DNA of 21,506 nt from Fonticula alba ATCC 38817 (taxonomy: Eukaryota > Protista > Nucleariida). Made by a program: the position numbers and the translations under genes. The notes under the pieces are model-generated. The model saw only the letters and a program-made list of their open reading frames with translations, was not told the DNA's origin and made no database searches. Below, one piece after another: positions 19,786-21,506 of the stretch (position 1 is its first letter; each line of letters starts with the position of its first letter). The DNA is taken from assembly GCA_000388065.2 (NCBI GenBank), contig KB932201.1; one strand, 5' to 3'.

Positions 19786-19906
19786 GTCTCACGCGCCGGC
19801 AGCCGGAGAGCGAGGAGGCGGCGGAGAGGGGGAACGAGTGGGCCACAAGCGAAGAGGGGCGGTGGAGAGCGGAGCCCAAAGGAGGAAGACCAGGAAGGAA
19901 TAGAGC

Positions 19907-19947
19907 GGAATGGAATGGAATGGAGTGGAGTGGAGTGGAGTGGGGAG
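19907..19947 (+). repeat. Pentanucleotide (TGGAA)n(TGGAG)n array
   Basis: GGAATGGAATGGAATGGAGTGGAGTGGAGTGGAGTGGGGAG, upstream of the Q-rich gene start. Confidence 0.85.
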
Positions 19948-20355
19948 TGCTTGACCTGGACCATGTCAGTCGGGCGGCCGAGTGCGGCCGCTCTTGTGGG
20001 ACCATTAGAGCGTTGGGACTTGGGCGGTGGAGAGGGCTTTGGGCAAATATTGTCACCGACTTGCTGTGGAACCGGAGACCCGATGTGTAGATCACGGATG
20101 GTCGCTACATGACGCACGTGCCTTCTCCGGAGGGGCGTGTGGGCATTTGAACGGCATTCCTCCAAAGGGGAGTGTGGGGTAAGACGACTGCCGCGAAACC
20201 ACCGAGCCCCAGGCCTCATGGGGGATCCGGCGAGGGAGAGACACACAAGCGGGGGGGCGATCCCCCACATCCTGCCCACTGGCTCCAAGCCCACAAGGCC
20301 AAAAAGGCAGCTCCTCACTGGCAGTCCACGGCCAACGAGACATAGGCAGCAGGGC

Positions 20356-20817
20356 ATGTGTCAAGGAGTATGTGGGGACAGCCTCGGAGCGCTGGTCCCG
20401 GCCTGCGAGCCCCTTTTTCTCGGGCCTTCCCCTGAAAACCTTTTTATCATCCGAAGCTCCTTGTTCTTCTTCTTTTTTCTTCTTTTTGCTTTCACTGAAC
20501 TCATCCCAGGCCGAGCTTGCACACCCCGCCTTTCGGGCGACAATAGCCCCTGGCTCTTTATGCCCTCCTCTCCCACCAAGACTGACTCCGAAGTCGAAAC
20601 AGATTTCCAGTGTGGCTGCCGACAAGGCGCCCCCCGCCATTGACACAAGAGGGAATCCGTGTGAACTCTCCTACACGCTGGCCAGTAAGTGTGACCGTGG
20701 GCCAGCCGCCGACGGCTGTGGGAAGATCCAAGCGCATGTAACTGACGGTCACCGGCCCTTTGCCTCGGCTGCCCATTCCAGCATGAGCCTCGCTCAAGGG
20801 CCAAGCCGGAATGGGTG
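20356..20817 (+). CDS. Possible spliced ORF divergent from the Q-rich gene; no recognisable domain
   Basis: Intron-shaped 20368-20509 (GTATGT ... long T-rich tract, CTGAAC, CCCAG) joins ATG TGT CAA GGA (20356) in frame to about 100 open codons ending near a GTGAGG donor at about 20817. No family motif, and the downstream frame is not resolved. Confidence 0.22.
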
Positions 20818-21380
20818 AGGGTGAAGCGAAGGATTCCTTCTGCTTTTTTTTCTCGCGGGTCTCCATCGGGTCGCCACATGCTCGGCCGGCCCTTGGGAGT
20901 CCTCGCGTGTCCTCGGTGTCGGAGGCCTGGGAATGCAGGGACACAGCTCGAGGGTCAACCCGCTTGCAGGCATCCATTTACTTGGCCAGTGCTTGGGAGT
21001 TCTTTTCCCATGTTGAAGATGGCCCCTGCGGCCCCTGTCGACGCGGCCTCGGCGAAAAGACCGCCACCAAGAGCTTGCCCCAGATGCACCGAGTGGTCGT
21101 CCACTCAGTACAGGGAAGGAGCTCTAGCAGGAACGCCTCTCGCGCGCTCCGACCTGTTGGCTGCTTTGGACGGCTGTTCGGCGGCAGCAGGCCAGGAATG
21201 GAGGACGCCGGTGCGAGACGGATGCAAGCCCGTGCATCTGTGGGCTTCTTCCATGCTTGTCCGTTGACATTCCCCCAAGCAGGCGGGCTGCCCTCGAACT
21301 GGGGACACTAAAGCGGCAACAATCCCGCGGGTTGGCCAGCGAGAGGCAAGCAAAAGGCAAACACACCGCCTGGCCTGTTC

Positions 21381-21381
<1 letters not shown>

Positions 21382-21460
<79 letters not shown>
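21382..21460 (+). repeat. C79 homopolymer
   Basis: Direct reading; true length is uncertain in any short-read assembly. Confidence 0.9.
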
Positions 21461-21461
<1 letters not shown>

Positions 21462-21506
21462 CCCCCACCACAAGATGACCACGCCCGCTATGAGGGCCGC
21501 CTGGAC

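Noticed and set aside
17829-20112. + strand 399 aa and 467 aa ORFs
   Set aside because: Shadows of the Q-rich exon on the - strand; composition mirrors the repeats.
1-21506. CRISPR arrays, operons or prokaryotic mobile elements
   Set aside because: Sequence is clearly eukaryotic (spliceosomal introns); all repeats are simple microsatellites without spacers.

Overview
GC-rich, intron-containing eukaryotic DNA with five N-gaps. The short microsatellite-rich GT-AG introns and furin-like repeat relic resemble a protist opisthokont such as Fonticula, but that is inference only. Main contents: (1) a complete 11-exon cytosolic isoleucyl-tRNA synthetase gene on + (86-8778, 1145 aa predicted). Its apparent intron 6 is 4037 nt against 81-180 nt for the others, and holds a gap-bounded block with the first coding exon of an antisense signal-peptide + PA-domain gene. 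(2) A convergent, very Q/P/H-rich gene on - that appears to be one gene of about 1626 aa split in two (17413-19785 and 9196-12339). The two broken ends read in frame into each other through an identical 11-nt overlap. It also needs a 14-nt micro-exon and has one unresolved frameshift. (3) Between those halves lies a second gap-bounded block of about 4.1 kb with a tRNA-Cys(GCA) carrying A54 in the T-loop and a decayed furin-like Cys-rich repeat gene. Both genes being interrupted by roughly 4 kb gap-flanked blocks is most simply explained by mis-scaffolding; real nesting or insertion is not excluded without reads.
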